Positions 10,501 to 23,049 of a stretch of DNA of 41,018 nucleotides are shown one piece after another. Position 1 is the first letter of the stretch; every line of letters begins with the position of its first letter. The DNA comes from Octopus bimaculoides. Taxonomy: Eukaryota. Location of the stretch: positions 73,719,289 to 73,760,306 of the forward strand of contig NC_068981.1 of the NCBI RefSeq assembly GCF_001194135.2. The letters are read 5' to 3'. A program made the translations under genes and the position numbers. The notes under the pieces are model-generated. The model saw nothing but the letters and a program-made list of their open reading frames with translations, had not been told where the DNA came from and did no database searches.

Positions 10501-11710
10501 GGAAAATTCTGGTTATGAGTGATCTTACACTTAAATTTTCTCTCATATCCGATCAATCGATAGACATGCTCAAATTAATATGGAATGAGTTCATTTTTGC
10601 CTTATGTTTCAAAAAGGTAAGCAAAAGAACAGAGTACAAAAGTATTTGCTTGGCTTGGGGATCCCTCTAAGATTGGTCAGATCGACGCAGCTGAAGCGCT
10701 TCGTCAATTGCAGGGAAAATTCCAGCGGTGTCACCACTGATACTCCAAGTTTCGCGTTACTGTTTTGCGATATAACTAAATATTTTAAGAAAATTGACAT
10801 CTTTATATATGAAATATATATTTGATCAAAAATAAGGTACATAAATACTAAAATCCTAAACTTCAAACGATTATAAAGTAAAATTTAGTATTTATAATAT
10901 CCAATATATCATAGTCGATATAAGTTTAGAAACAAATGGAAGTTATAGTGCAAGAAACCTTGTAAAATGTAAGTAGGTAATGTAAGTTGACAGGAAGAAA
11001 TAGTAAAAAAGCAAGAAGCTTGAAGAATAGTAAAAATATACAAAATATAAAAACGTTATCGAAAAAAATCAATATGTATATATATATAATTCTTTTTCAT
11101 GTTGTGTGGTTGCGTTTTTTTTCTGTCTTTCTGAGATCGAAATCTAGTGTTTTGATTTTGTTTATATATTCCAGGGCACTCCGTCGGTTGCAACGATGAG
11201 ACTTCCNNNNNNNNNNNNNNNNNNNNNNNNNNNNNNNNNNNNNNNNNNNNNNNNNNNNNNNNNNNNNNNNNNNNNNNNNNNNNNNNNNNNNNNNNNNNNN
11301 NNNNNNNNNNNNNNNNNNNNNNNNNNNNNNNNNNNNNNNNNNNNNNNNNNNNNNNNNNNNNNNNNNNNNNNNNNNNNNNNNNNNNNNNNNNNNNNNNNNN
11401 NNNNNNNNNNNNNNNNNNNNNNNNNNNNNNNNNNNNNNNNNNNNNNNNNNNNNNNNNNNNNNNNNNNNNNNNNNNNNNNNNNNNNNNNNNNNNNNNNNNN
11501 NNNNNNNNNNNNNNNNNNNNNNNNNNNNNNNNNNNNNNNNNNNNNNNNNNNNNNNNNNNNNNNNNNNNNNNNNNNNNNNNNNNNNNNNNNNNNNNNNNNN
11601 NNNNNTATATATGTATATATATATAATTCTTTTTCATGTTGTGTGGTTGCGTTTTTTTTCTGTCTTTCTGAGATCGAAATCTAGTGTTTTGATTTTGTTT
11701 ATATATTCCA

Positions 11711-11989
11711 GGGCACTCCGTCGGTTGCAACGATGAGACTTCCAGTTGATCCGATCAACGTGAAACTAGTGTGCAAGTAGCTGAGCATCCCACAAACACA
11801 CGTATCCTTAACGTATTTCTCATGGAGATTAAGCGTGACAAAGCCGACCCTTTGAATTACAGGCACAACTCATTTTTGCCAGCTGAGTTGACTGGAGCAA
11901 CGTAAAATAAAGTGTCTCTCTCAAGAATCGATCTCACGACCTTACGACCGTGAGCTGATTACACCAACCACAAAGCCACGTGACTTCAC
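11711..11989 (-). mobile_element. SINE variant: tRNA head + CORE-like module + tail P
   Basis: Minus strand gttgctccagtcaactcagctggcaaaaatgagt (as at 16255-16297) joined to tgtgcctgtaattcaaaggg...gacggagtgcc (as in 2063-2452). Confidence 0.8.
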
Positions 11990-12486
11990 TATNNNNNNNN
12001 NNNNNNNNNNNNNNNNNNNNNNNNNNNNNNNNNNNNNNNNNNNNNNNNNNNNNNNNNNNNNNNNNNNNNNNNNNNNNNNNNNNNNNNNNNNNNNNGTGTG
12101 TGTGTGCACTGCAGATAGATCCTAACATGCTTGCTATTTACAGCTTGGTGGACTTGAATACCTAAATTTAAGCGCTTTCGTCACCAGGGCTGCCACTCAT
12201 TAAATAAGAACACATGAATACAGAATTTAATACTTACTTTATATCATATGGCAGCTAATTGTCAATTTCGTACTTATTCACATCATCATTCACTCCTTCA
12301 ATGGTGATAGACTCGTTTTCTTCCTTTTTGAGTTTCAATCTACTCGTATATCTACGATGACAAGACCCATCCACTACATCTTTAATAAGTTTAGCGTTCG
12401 GCTCCCTAGAAATGCATGACGCTCCCTTTCTTGTAATTGCTTGTTTAGCGAGTAGACAATCGGTGATCGTTTTGGCCTTAAACAAT

Positions 12487-12805
12487 TTTAGTCGAACGAG
12501 CCGACCTCAGTACTTATTTATTTAAAGCCTGGTACTTATTCTATCGGTCTCTCTTACCGTACCGCTAGATAACGTAGATGTAAACACACCAACACCTGTT
12601 GTCAAGTGGTAGGCAGGGAGACAAACACAGACACAAAGGTATACACACACGCACACATATATACTGTGGACTTCTTTCAGTTTCCGTCTACCAAATCCAC
12701 TCAGAAGGCTTTACTCGGTCCGAGGCTATAGTAGAAGACGGTTGCTCAAAGTGTTGCACAGTGGTGGGACTGAACCCGAAAGCATGTGGTAGCAAAGGAA
12801 GCATT
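12487..12805 (-). mobile_element. SINE family B
   Basis: Reverse complement of the family B body and 3' part. Confidence 0.85.
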
Positions 12806-14194
12806 TAAACCTCAGCGAGCTTTTTGACCTCACAGCAGTGCCTAGTTATTAAGATTCATGTCATCTTGTACATTTTTAGAAATATTAGTGGCCTTTAACT
12901 CCAGAGAGAAAATGAAACTAAGTTCAATAGACAATGGAAAATATTACTGATTAAAAACTCATTCATTTTTAGTTATAATGTAAATTAGTACAGTATTAGG
13001 GAAGAAACGCTTTCTTAGGAAATAAAAAAAAGGTAATAGTTATATTCTATTCTAGGTCCTAAATTGTATTGTTCTAAATTGTATTCTTACTTATTTGAGA
13101 AGTTTATGAAACTGAATGGGAGCCATCTTCCGGATGGACATGATACAAAAAGTCTGAATAAATCAGCTTTCCCGAACCTCAGTATTTTTAAAAGCGATTC
13201 ATCAAAAATATAATGAATCCATGAAAATGTTTAAATACCGGCCTCTTTGACAGGGAAAATAAGCTATTGCATACCACGAAAAAGGGTGCCTGGATACTCC
13301 ACTAAAATTTTAACGGTGGTGGAAATTGTTAAATCATCGGACACAATTCCTTACGTTGTTACTTCCCCCTTTTGGCATTCTAAGTTCACATTGTACTCAG
13401 GTTAACTATGCTTTTCATCCCTGCCAATTGATAAGATCAAGTACTTATAAAGTATTGAAGCTGATTTAATCGATTGATCCCCTTCTACTAAAATTTAATC
13501 ATTTTGCCGATATGAAAAATGATATCTACTCTAGAAGCTGGGTTTCATAGAAATACGCATCAGCAACATAAAACTGAGGAAAACTAAATTCACGAAGAAG
13601 TATGTATGAGGCTCAATGATGTCCTTCAAATTACATTTTATTATTTTTAAAAAAGGAATGGATGATATAGTGTTCAGTGTAAACATCTGAATAAAACGTG
13701 ACAATTAAGGCTGGTGTATCTTCAGTCATAAGGTCTGCTCTATGGAGTTTGATCTTGTGTTAAACAACGAAAGCAGTGATGACGATGACGATTAGAAAGT
13801 CACCAATAAAAAGCAAAAACAAAACAACAAAAACATAACACTAATTTTTAGCATCATTCCTACACTCAACAGACTAAGTGGCAAAAATAGACGACCTATT
13901 AATGAATTAGCTTTCATATAAAAATATACAGAAAGCGGCTCTCGGAGAAAGAGAGAGACACAAAAACATACAGAAGGGACAAAGAGACAGATAGTGAAGG
14001 GGGAGACAGAAGAGGTGGAAAGAGAAAGAGAAAGGAAAAGAGAGAAAGAATTGGCAAAGTAGAATAGATGGCTTTTAGAAAGACGAGGTGTTTTGTGTAC
14101 TTTTAGCTACACTATAATAAATACAGGCAGATGGACAGAGCGAACGATAGACAGGCATGCATGCAGGCAGTTGACAGCCAGCCAGCCAGCCAGC

Positions 14195-14224
14195 CAGATA
14201 GATAGATCGATCGATCGATCGATC

Positions 14225-14279
<55 letters not shown>

Positions 14280-14300
14280 TGATTGATAGATAGATAGATG
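14195..14300. repeat. (GATA)n/(GATC)n microsatellite
   Basis: Direct reading. Confidence 0.97.
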
Positions 14301-14407
14301 GATATGTAGGATCACATAATTTACCTGAGATCTGTATGTAAAACGGAGTTAGTACATAAAGAATGGGAGTTATATGTTTAAAGACTTGAACTTGACTTCT
14401 GGGATTT

Positions 14408-14409
<2 letters not shown>

Positions 14410-14487
<78 letters not shown>
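14410..14487. repeat. (GT)n microsatellite
   Basis: Direct reading. Confidence 0.97.
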
Positions 14488-14489
<2 letters not shown>

Positions 14490-14667
14490 GGTGCATATTT
14501 GATATCTACGTATGTATGTGCAATTCGTTGTGTGGGTTGGTATGTGGGTGGATGTAATTAGCAAAAGCGTGACGGAATTAGAAGCGAAAGAAGAATTGTG
14601 TCCATGGTAAATTAACGAAAGAATACAGTGAGAATGACTGTAATAGAAAGAATAAGAGAGAACGAGC

Positions 14668-14705
<38 letters not shown>

Positions 14706-15038
14706 TAGATAGACAGAAGAACGGAAAGAAAGGGAAGGTAAATGATCTAAAATATATAGAGATAAATCATTTTAATGCAAAACTATTTTACGGCATCTAA
14801 CGATTGATGAGATAAAAAATAAAGAGAAAAGACAGAGAGTAATATGTATCCGTGGGAAACAGCACAAGCATATTTCATCCCACACAACAGCGACAAAATA
14901 TCCTGCGTAACAACTGGAGTTTCGTAGCTGTTGTTGATATTAAGCTCCAGAACAATCTTAATCAAGTAGACTCATGAAACATATTTCAGTTTCGATCATC
15001 TCGTGTTATTTATCTATTCATTTATTTATTATTACTGT

Positions 15039-15417
15039 GTAGAAGCGTAATGGCCCAGTGGTTAGGGCAGCGGACTCGCGGTCATAGGATCACGGTTTCG
15101 ATTCCCAAACCGGGCGTTATGAGTGTTTATTGAGCGAAAACGCCTAAAGTTCCCCGAGGTTCCGGCAGGGGATGGTGGCGAACCCTGCTGTACTCTTTCA
15201 CCACATCTTTCTCTCACACTTACTTCCTGTTTCTGTTGTGCCTGTAATTCAAAGGATCAGCCTTGTCACACTGTGTCACGCTGAATATCCCCGAGAACTA
15301 CGTTAAGGGTACACGTGTCTGTGGAGTGCTCAGCCACTTGCACGTTAATTTCACGAGCATGCTGTTCTGTTGATCGGGTCAACTGGAACTCTCGACGTCG
15401 TAACCTACGGTGGTCCA
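15039..15417 (+). mobile_element. SINE family C (head + X + tail P)
   Basis: Colinear with 2063-2452. Confidence 0.92.
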
Positions 15418-15856
15418 ATGTGTTCATCCTGTTTGAAACCGTTAGAATTTGAGTTGAAGGAATTCGGTTGTTATTAATAGTAGGCTAAGAGACGGTNNNN
15501 NNNNNNTCTTCGTTGACTTGAAATAACTCTAGTTACTGAAGAACACGCAGTAAATTAGATATGAATTTATGATAGACCTGTAAAAACATTTTAATTCTTT
15601 AAGGTACATTGCAGGATATTTAACAGATGAGCATCTTGATATTGGTTTATTATTTGATATATTAATAGCATTTTCTGAAGTAACGTTTTAGTATTCACTT
15701 TGGATTTATACTCGAGTTAGTTATGACGTAGAGACACTTTTTGTGAATCCATTTTGAAATCCATATGGCTAAATTAATCTGGCAGGATATTTCCATTTTC
15801 AGGAAAAACGTATTTAATAATTTATCAAAAAGCTGTAATTAATTGTTAATTAATTA

Positions 15857-16067
15857 TCTTTTCTACTATAAGCACAAGGCCTGAAATTTGAAGGAAGGGG
15901 ATAGTCGACTACATTGACCCCAGTACTCAACTGGTACTTAATTTATCGACTCCGAAAGGATGAAAGGCAAAGTCAACCTTGGCGGAATTTGGACTCAGAA
16001 CGTGGCGACGGACGAAATATCGCTAAACATTTCGTCCAGCGTGCTAACGATTGTGCCAGCTCGCTAC
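15857..16067 (-). mobile_element. SINE family A
   Basis: Colinear with the reverse complement of 29921-30134. Confidence 0.9.
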
Positions 16068-16099
16068 TTTAATTATTAATAATAAAATATGCCTAAGTT

Positions 16100-16706
16100 G
16101 TGGAGGCGCATGACTTAGTGGTTAGGGTGTCAGCATCATGATCGTAAGATTGTGGTTTCGATTTCTGAACCGGGCAACGCGTTGTGTTCTTGAGCAAAAC
16201 ACTTCATTTCACGTTGCTCCANNNNNNNNNNGTTGTGTTCTTGAGCAAAACACTTCATTTCACGTTGCTCCAGTCCACTCAGCTGGCAAAAATGAGTAAC
16301 GCTGCGATGGACTGGCGTCCCGTCCAGCTGGGGAACGCATACGCCATTGAAACCTGGAAACGGGGCCCATGAGCCTGGCTAGGCTTCAAAAGGGCGCAAG
16401 TGGAGGCGCAATGGCCCAATGGTTAGGGCAGCGGACTCGCGGTCGGAGGATCACGGTTTCGATTCCCAGACCGGGCGCTTTGAGTGTTTATTGGGCGAAA
16501 ACACTTAAGCTCCACGAGGCTCCGGCAGGGGGTGGTGGCGCCCCTGTTGTACTCTTTCGTCCCAACTTTCTCTCACTCTTTCTTCCTGTTTCTTGAGTAA
16601 CGCTGCGATGGACTGGCGTCCCGTCCAGCTGGGGGGAACACATACGCCATAGAAACCGGAAAACCGGGCCCATGAGCCTGGCTAGGCCTTGAAAGGGCGA
16701 AAAAAA
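16100..16706 (+). mobile_element. Head-to-tail SINE dimer (unit 1: head + CORE-like + tail Q, 16100-16398; unit 2: family C head + X + tail Q + oligo-A, 16399-16706)
   Basis: Two tRNA-like heads; tail gcgatggactggcgtcccgtccagctggg...gagcctggctagg present twice; single flanking TSD atgcctaagtt at 16089-16099 and 16707-16717. Confidence 0.88.
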
Positions 16707-17569
16707 ATGCCTAAGTTTAATATAACGTTAAGCTTACGCATAAGTTGTTTTTTTTAAATCGATAGAATGCCTGGTTAATGATTTTTTTTTCGCTCTGTAC
16801 ATATCAGCCGCTTCTGTGTACATTACATGTTCAGTTTACTTTCTTTCGTTCATTTTTCCACAAGTTGAGAATATACGTAATAGTTACTCGCTATAATGAA
16901 GTGATTCTCAGTTGCGACGCGAATTTCTAATTCAGGACCTTAGAGAATCCATAGGGATAATTGAACTTAAAAAACGTTCGTCTACTTTCTCTTTCAACTA
17001 TTCCTGGGAGGTTCGTGTGGGTAGAGACCTCAGGCACTTCCTTCAATGGGCCCACTCAGAAGCAACCGTCATTATATTTTCTGGTTGAATTCTCAAGAGT
17101 GACCAAATGAGACTAATTTTGATGTATATAAATATGGTAAGTAAAACTAAGCAATCGTTTTTCATATTATTGTTTTTGTTTCATCATTAAAGCGTGACTT
17201 GTTTTAATTTTCAATTTGAAGTGAATTCAAATAATGTTACTATTTGAACTCCAGTTTATCGAGAAGTCAAAAAGATTGACAACACCAGCGTAGAGCGTCA
17301 AATTAATTATACTCAACCACGGCTACGAGTACGATATTCATTTTTTACAGTTGTGGCACGTCAGTTCAATAGCGTGTCAGAGGTGACGAGAAATTTTTTA
17401 CGCAGTCATTCATCTTTCTTTTAACCACTTAATCGCAATAGAAAGAGAGGTTTATGCTCATAACCTTTGGAAACATTGACCAAAATACTTGAAACAGATC
17501 TGGCACTGTTAAAGACACCCAAAGATGTTCATAAAGAACATATTAAGTTCACCGCCCAAGAAAAGTAAA

Positions 17570-18709
17570 GGGAAAATACTCGAACAATCTCATGAATGGA
17601 ACTCATCTTTGTGCATGCTGCTTGTTGACTTTGAAAAAGCTTTCAATAGCCTTCTCTGAGATACACTTTGGAAGATTTTTCAGACACTATGGTTTTCCAC
17701 ACAAATTAATCAAGATGATTCGCTTATTGTATGAAAACTTCGAATGTCAAGTTATACACAACAACAAACTGACAGGTCCGTTCGAAATCAATGCCGAAGT
17801 CAAACAAAAATGCGTGTTATCACCAATCTTATTTTCCTTGGCAGTGAATTGGTTGATGCAAAGAACGACAGAAGAATATATAAACGAGGTATAGAATGGA
17901 ACACAACTCACCTAGAAGATTTATATTATACAGTCGACATTTGTTTGTTCTCATACACGCCTCAAGAGTTACAAGACAAATCTGAAAAATGTAGTCAAAC
18001 AGTCAGCACCATAGGTTTCAAAATCAACGAGAAGAAAACGTACACTCTTTATAAAATTATAACAGATGCTGACCATGTGACTTTGAACGACAAACCAATC
18101 GCAAATGTTGACGAATTTAACGACCTAGGCACCAAAATAACTATGGATGGAGACTGCATTCATGAAATAAATACAAGAAGCAGCAAACATTCGGTTTGTT
18201 AAACTGAATATGGAAATCATCAATACTCAGCAAGAGCACCTAAATACGATTTTACTAAAGCAACACTCTTAGCATCCTCCTCTATAGATCTGAATGTTTG
18301 AAAGCAACCAAAAGTATCGAAAAGAAATTGGAGGTATTTCAAAATAGATGTTTACGAAGAATTTTGGAAGTCTACTGGCCAAACATAATCTAGGCTAGCC
18401 AACTAAACACAAAAGCTAACGTGAAACTAATAAGAGAAACTATTGAAGCAAGGAAGTGGAAACGGCTGGGTCGAGCTTGTTGCTATAAACCGAAATCAAT
18501 TGTTAGGATCGCTTTGAAATGGGTTCTACAAAGTAAAAGAAGATGTGGCCAACAAAAGGAAATGTGGCGGAGAACAATAACAAAAAGATCTTTAAAACAG
18601 AGGGTTAACAATGGAACAAGCTGTTAAGGACCCTTTCAGTGTTGGAAAGTGGAATGATCTTGCTGTTGCCTCAAGTGCCACAAGGCACAATGAGAACCGA
18701 ATGAATGAA

Positions 18710-18712
<3 letters not shown>
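17570..18712 (+). mobile_element. 5'-truncated, decayed RTE-clade LINE with (TGAA)n tail
   Basis: LEQSHEWNSSLCMLLVDFEKAFNS, FRHYGFPHKLIKMI, VKQKCVLSPILF and LEDLYYTVDICL (decayed YADD box); 3' end gtgccacaaggcacaatgagaaccgaatgaatgaat. Confidence 0.9.
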
Positions 18713-18743
<31 letters not shown>

Positions 18744-18908
18744 NNNNNNNNNNNNNNNNNNNNNNNNNNNNNNNNNNNNNNNNNNNNNNNNNNNNNNNNN
18801 NNNNNNNNNNNNNNNNNNNNNNNNNNNNNNNNNNNNNNNNNNNNNNNNNNNNNNNNNNNNNNNNNNNNNNNNNNNNNNNNNNNNNNNNNNNNNNNNNNNN
18901 NNNNNNNN

Positions 18909-18979
<71 letters not shown>

Positions 18980-20049
18980 CGGCCTCATTCTTCCACTCCT
19001 CAGAAATTAAAGGACTGGAAAGAAGCAATAATGAGTAATGCTAAACATGGTTTAAATTAATCTATATTCGATCAGCAGTAACTATAAATGTATGTATCCT
19101 TACAAGAAGAGAAGTCTCTCCAGTTTATTAAGCACAATTTAGGATTTTCAACAACGTTTAAAACATGGTGCTAACAGCTGACAGAGAAATAAACAGAGTA
19201 CTCCAACCTCACCGCTTAGTCCTTTAATAGAAGACCGAAATAAATAAGCGAAGAAATAAAATTAAATAAATAGAGAGGGGATAGAGTAAAGATCGTAGAG
19301 CGAAGAGAGAAGAATACAATTTATTTCGCAATACTGCTACGATGAAAAGTGATATAAACCACAGCTGAATATGGCTTATATAAAGTATAACAAACTTAAC
19401 ATCGTGATTATTTATATAAATGGAATTTCATGTTAATTCTGCTCTCAGAAAAGAAACGTTTCACCAGTTTAGAAATATACTGACATTCTGAGGTTTGGTA
19501 TTTATTCATAGAATTCTGGAAGTGAAAATTAAATAACATAACATAAAACAAAATAAAATAAATCAGAATATAAGTGAAAAAGGAAATATGGTGTAAGTAC
19601 AAGCAGAGATTGTCTGAAAGAAAAACAACACTGCTTTTGTTTTATTTATCTATATTTCTTATTGATTTTTTTTGCTTTTTTGTGTTCGCTTTACATATAA
19701 ATAGAATGTATTATCAATGTTCAACAACTGTAATGTTAATATTTAAAGTATACACAGATATATATATATTTAAAATATACACAGATATATATATATATTT
19801 AAAGTATGCATGTATTATATATACATATGTGAGTGTGTGTATGTATGTATGTATGTATGTATATATGTATGTATGTATGTATTGATGTTTGAATGTATGC
19901 ACTTACTGATGTGCCAAAATGCACGAGCAAAATTTATCAGGCAAATTAGGGATCGATTTTGCATCCCTGTTAAACTCCCTATAAAGTATTCTTTAATATA
20001 GCATGAATACGGACTCGCGTTATATAACGTAGTGCGACATACAGTTGAA

Positions 20050-20560
20050 TTAAAAAGAAAACTATTTATTCATAACAGCAAATATTTCATCATGCATCTT
20101 TCAATAATCAATGACTCGCAAGCCATATTCATCAGATGGAAATATCGATGTTTCCATTTGACGAATATGGTTCGTGATTGATTGGTTGTTGAAACGTGTG
20201 TATTGGCCAAAGTAGGACCTACTTTGAAGGCTGTGGTCTAAAAATAAATGGGGAAAATCCCCGTCATAACAGAATAGTTCTAACTTTTTTGGTTTTCCTG
20301 ATCCGAAACTCCTGTCCCCATACCCTCGGAAAAATTTTCTCCCCAAATTTCTTTATAATTCTAATCTTTGCCATTTGAAAGGTATCTGTATAAACCTTCA
20401 TTAAAAGATACCCATTTTCCTGAAAGTTATGAAGGGACAAAGTCGAATCCTGTGATTTTTTTTCCAAAACTCCTCTCTCCATCCCCTCGTAAAAATTCTT
20501 TCCCACAAACCCCTATATACTCTGAAGCCACACCATCTACGCGGTATTTGTAGAAAATTA
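20050..20560 (-). mobile_element. Probable Penelope-like element relic (GIY-YIG-like fragment plus inverted HHR-bearing terminal repeat)
   Basis: Minus translation near 20500-20550 reads GVASEYIGVCGKEF, followed after a frameshift by DSTLSLH, resembling PLE GIY-YIG YIG...S.LS.H; 44-bp inverted repeat with CUGAUGA/GAAA at 20099-20194; AATAAA downstream on the minus strand. Confidence 0.5.
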
Positions 20561-21175
20561 CGTTAAAAAATATTCATTTTTCTGGATGTTATGCGGCAAC
20601 AAAGTTGGGGGCGTATACCTCTGTAGTTATGTCCTTTTATTTATACGATTGTTTCATTTCCTGTTTATTTCATTCATTATTTACAATGTTATGTTGGCAA
20701 ACAATCTTTACTTCAATGTACTGTTGCTGAATATCTCTCGTTGTGAGATTTAAAAATAGTAATTTATTAAAACTTGTTACAGCTTTCGGCGCCATAATAT
20801 TTTGCTTTCATTTTGTTTAAAACTTCGTTGTCGTAATATTAGACAGCTGTTACCCAGAAAATTATGGTTCCCAAATATTGTTTAAATCTCCGTAACATTT
20901 TCCATAAATTTTTCTGGAATAAATAAATCTCATTAATATGCGAAATTTGAAGATTTTTCACTTAATTTCAAAACTTGTGACAGTAACAGGAAAGAACTCT
21001 TCTGTCTGTCTGTCTGTTTTTTTTTTTTTTACACTTTTCTCATTGTTAACTTCCCCCCTCTCTACCACTTTCTGTAAATGTATATCGCTCACGCTGTGTG
21101 TTTTTACGTGCGCGTGTGTGTCTGTCTGTCTGTCTTTCTCTGCGTGTGTGACCATGTGTGTGTGTGTGTGCATGT

Positions 21176-21258
21176 GTGTATCACAGTGTGTGTATCACAG
21201 TGTGTGTATCACAGTGTGTATCACAGTGTGTGTATCACAGTGTGTGTATCACAGTGTG
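21176..21258. repeat. Minisatellite of 12-14-bp units (GTGTGT[GT]ATCACA)n
   Basis: About six tandem units of gtgtgtgtatcaca / gtgtgtatcaca. Confidence 0.92.
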
Positions 21259-21859
21259 TGTGCGCGCATGTGTGTAAGGAATGTCATTAGGGCGACAGAG
21301 TCAACATACCCTTCCCAGTAGCGAGCTCAGGAGTCTCCCGAATAGAGCAGGAATGGATTTGGCGATAGGCAAACAAGAGCCTCCGTCGCACGGCCTCTGG
21401 AGACACCCGATCATAGGATGCTTCGATTGAATAATAAGCGCACAAGAACCTCTGTCGCACAGACCCAGGAGACTCTTTCTTTATCGTTTTCGCACTCTCC
21501 TTTTACAAATGCTATCATTCTATATAACGTTTGTTAATCCAATATATACAGGTTAAGAGCAGCTTTTTGCCTTCTTTCTTTCTTTATCCTCAAACCAGTT
21601 TTTCTTAATCTTTTTTCCCATTCTTCTTCTTGTCCTCTGTACTCCTCTTTGTCTCCTACCTTATCTATGTAACACCATCATATTTTAACACCCTATTTTA
21701 ACACTTTTATCTAATTATTTCTTATTCTCAATCCTTTTATCTAAATTCCCATTCATCCATTAAAGCTTTGAACCTAAAACACTCCTCGTTTTGACAAAAT
21801 TCTAAACAACTAGAAACGATTATAATTTGCATAGGAATTCAGTCATGTAGAAAAGAGTA

Positions 21860-22375
21860 AAAATGCTTAGCGGCGTTTTTCCGCTTTAAGTTCTTAGTTT
21901 AAATTTCACCGAGGCCGACATAGCCTGTCATCCTTTCGGAAGAAAGAAATAAAGTACCAGCCAAGTACGGATGCCGGCGGGTCACGGGTAACATCATTCA
22001 CTCAAAATTGCTAACTCTGTGTCGTTATTATTATTATGATTATTTGTTCTGAGTTCAAATTCTGCCGAGATCGATAAAATATGAACCAGTTAAATGTTGG
22101 GATCAATGTAGTTGACTAGCATCCTCGCCAAAGTTTCAGGGCTTGCACCAAAAGGGAAACCATTATTACTTTTATCATTATAACAAGGTGGCGAGCGGGC
22201 AGAATCGTTAGCACGCAGGGCGAAATGCTGAGCGGTATTTCGTCTGCCGCTACGTTCTGAGTTCAAATTCCATCGAGATCGACTTTGCCTTTCATCCTTT
22301 CGGGATATATAAATTAAGTACTCGATGTAATCGATTCACCTCCTCCCCACAAATTTCAGCCATTGTGGCCAATAA
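21860..22375 (+). mobile_element. Cluster of three SINE family A copies
   Basis: Repeated ttctgagttcaaatt...gccgag motif near 21890, 22045 and 22255. Confidence 0.82.
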
Positions 22376-23049
22376 AGTATTATTACTATCATTATTGTTG
22401 GTGGAGGTGTTATTTTTCATCTTTTACTTCTGTGTATCTTTACGATATTTGTCTGTCCCTACGTCTACACCTTTCTCTCCCTGTCCTGCATATATATCAT
22501 TTATAACTATCTATCTATCTATCTATCTACACACACACACACACACACACATACACACACATATATATATATATATATATATTGTACTACATATATACAT
22601 GCATACTTACAGCCATTCAATCGCATTATGCTTTGGCATTGATCATAGTTGGTCAAGCTGTGACACAGCTGTAATATTATGTTTGCTTATATTTTTAATC
22701 TATTCAGTATTTGGTCGTTATAAATTTTACTTGGCATATTTTCAAGTAACAGTAGCTGTCCTAATTTAGTCGATAGAAAAATTGATCGAGGGCGCTAAAA
22801 CTTGTTTGTACACGGTTAAAAATTTACTTTCAAGGACGTATGGAGAAAAAATAACTCGTCTCTTAGTATCAGTTTGATTTTAAAAAGTTGTATATAAATG
22901 TTGTTTTCATTTTTTTAATTGGTCAGCAAGAAGAGGATTTGAGTACTATATTGCAGTACTTAGAATATTCAGAAAGGCGTTGAAAAACCGTGATAACGAT
23001 GCCGATTAAATTCCTAGTTGAGGCATTTCACTTCAATTCTCATAGACTT

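Noticed and set aside
11073-11743. Identical 134-bp direct repeat on both sides of a 399-N gap
   Set aside because: Exact identity flanking a gap is the signature of unmerged overlapping contig ends, i.e. an assembly artefact.
16185-16271. 37-bp duplication around a 10-N gap inside the SINE
   Set aside because: Same artefact pattern.
9819-17382. AG/GT-bounded short candidates on + (9819-9845 AKQQMLWNK; 10564-10616 MLKLIWNEFIFALCFKK; 17351-17382 VARQFNSVSE)
   Set aside because: Phases do not chain, no recognisable protein, and such sites are expected by chance in 41 kb of AT-rich DNA.
21176-21258. Regular short repeats as a possible CRISPR-like array
   Set aside because: No unique spacers, eukaryotic context, no cas genes.
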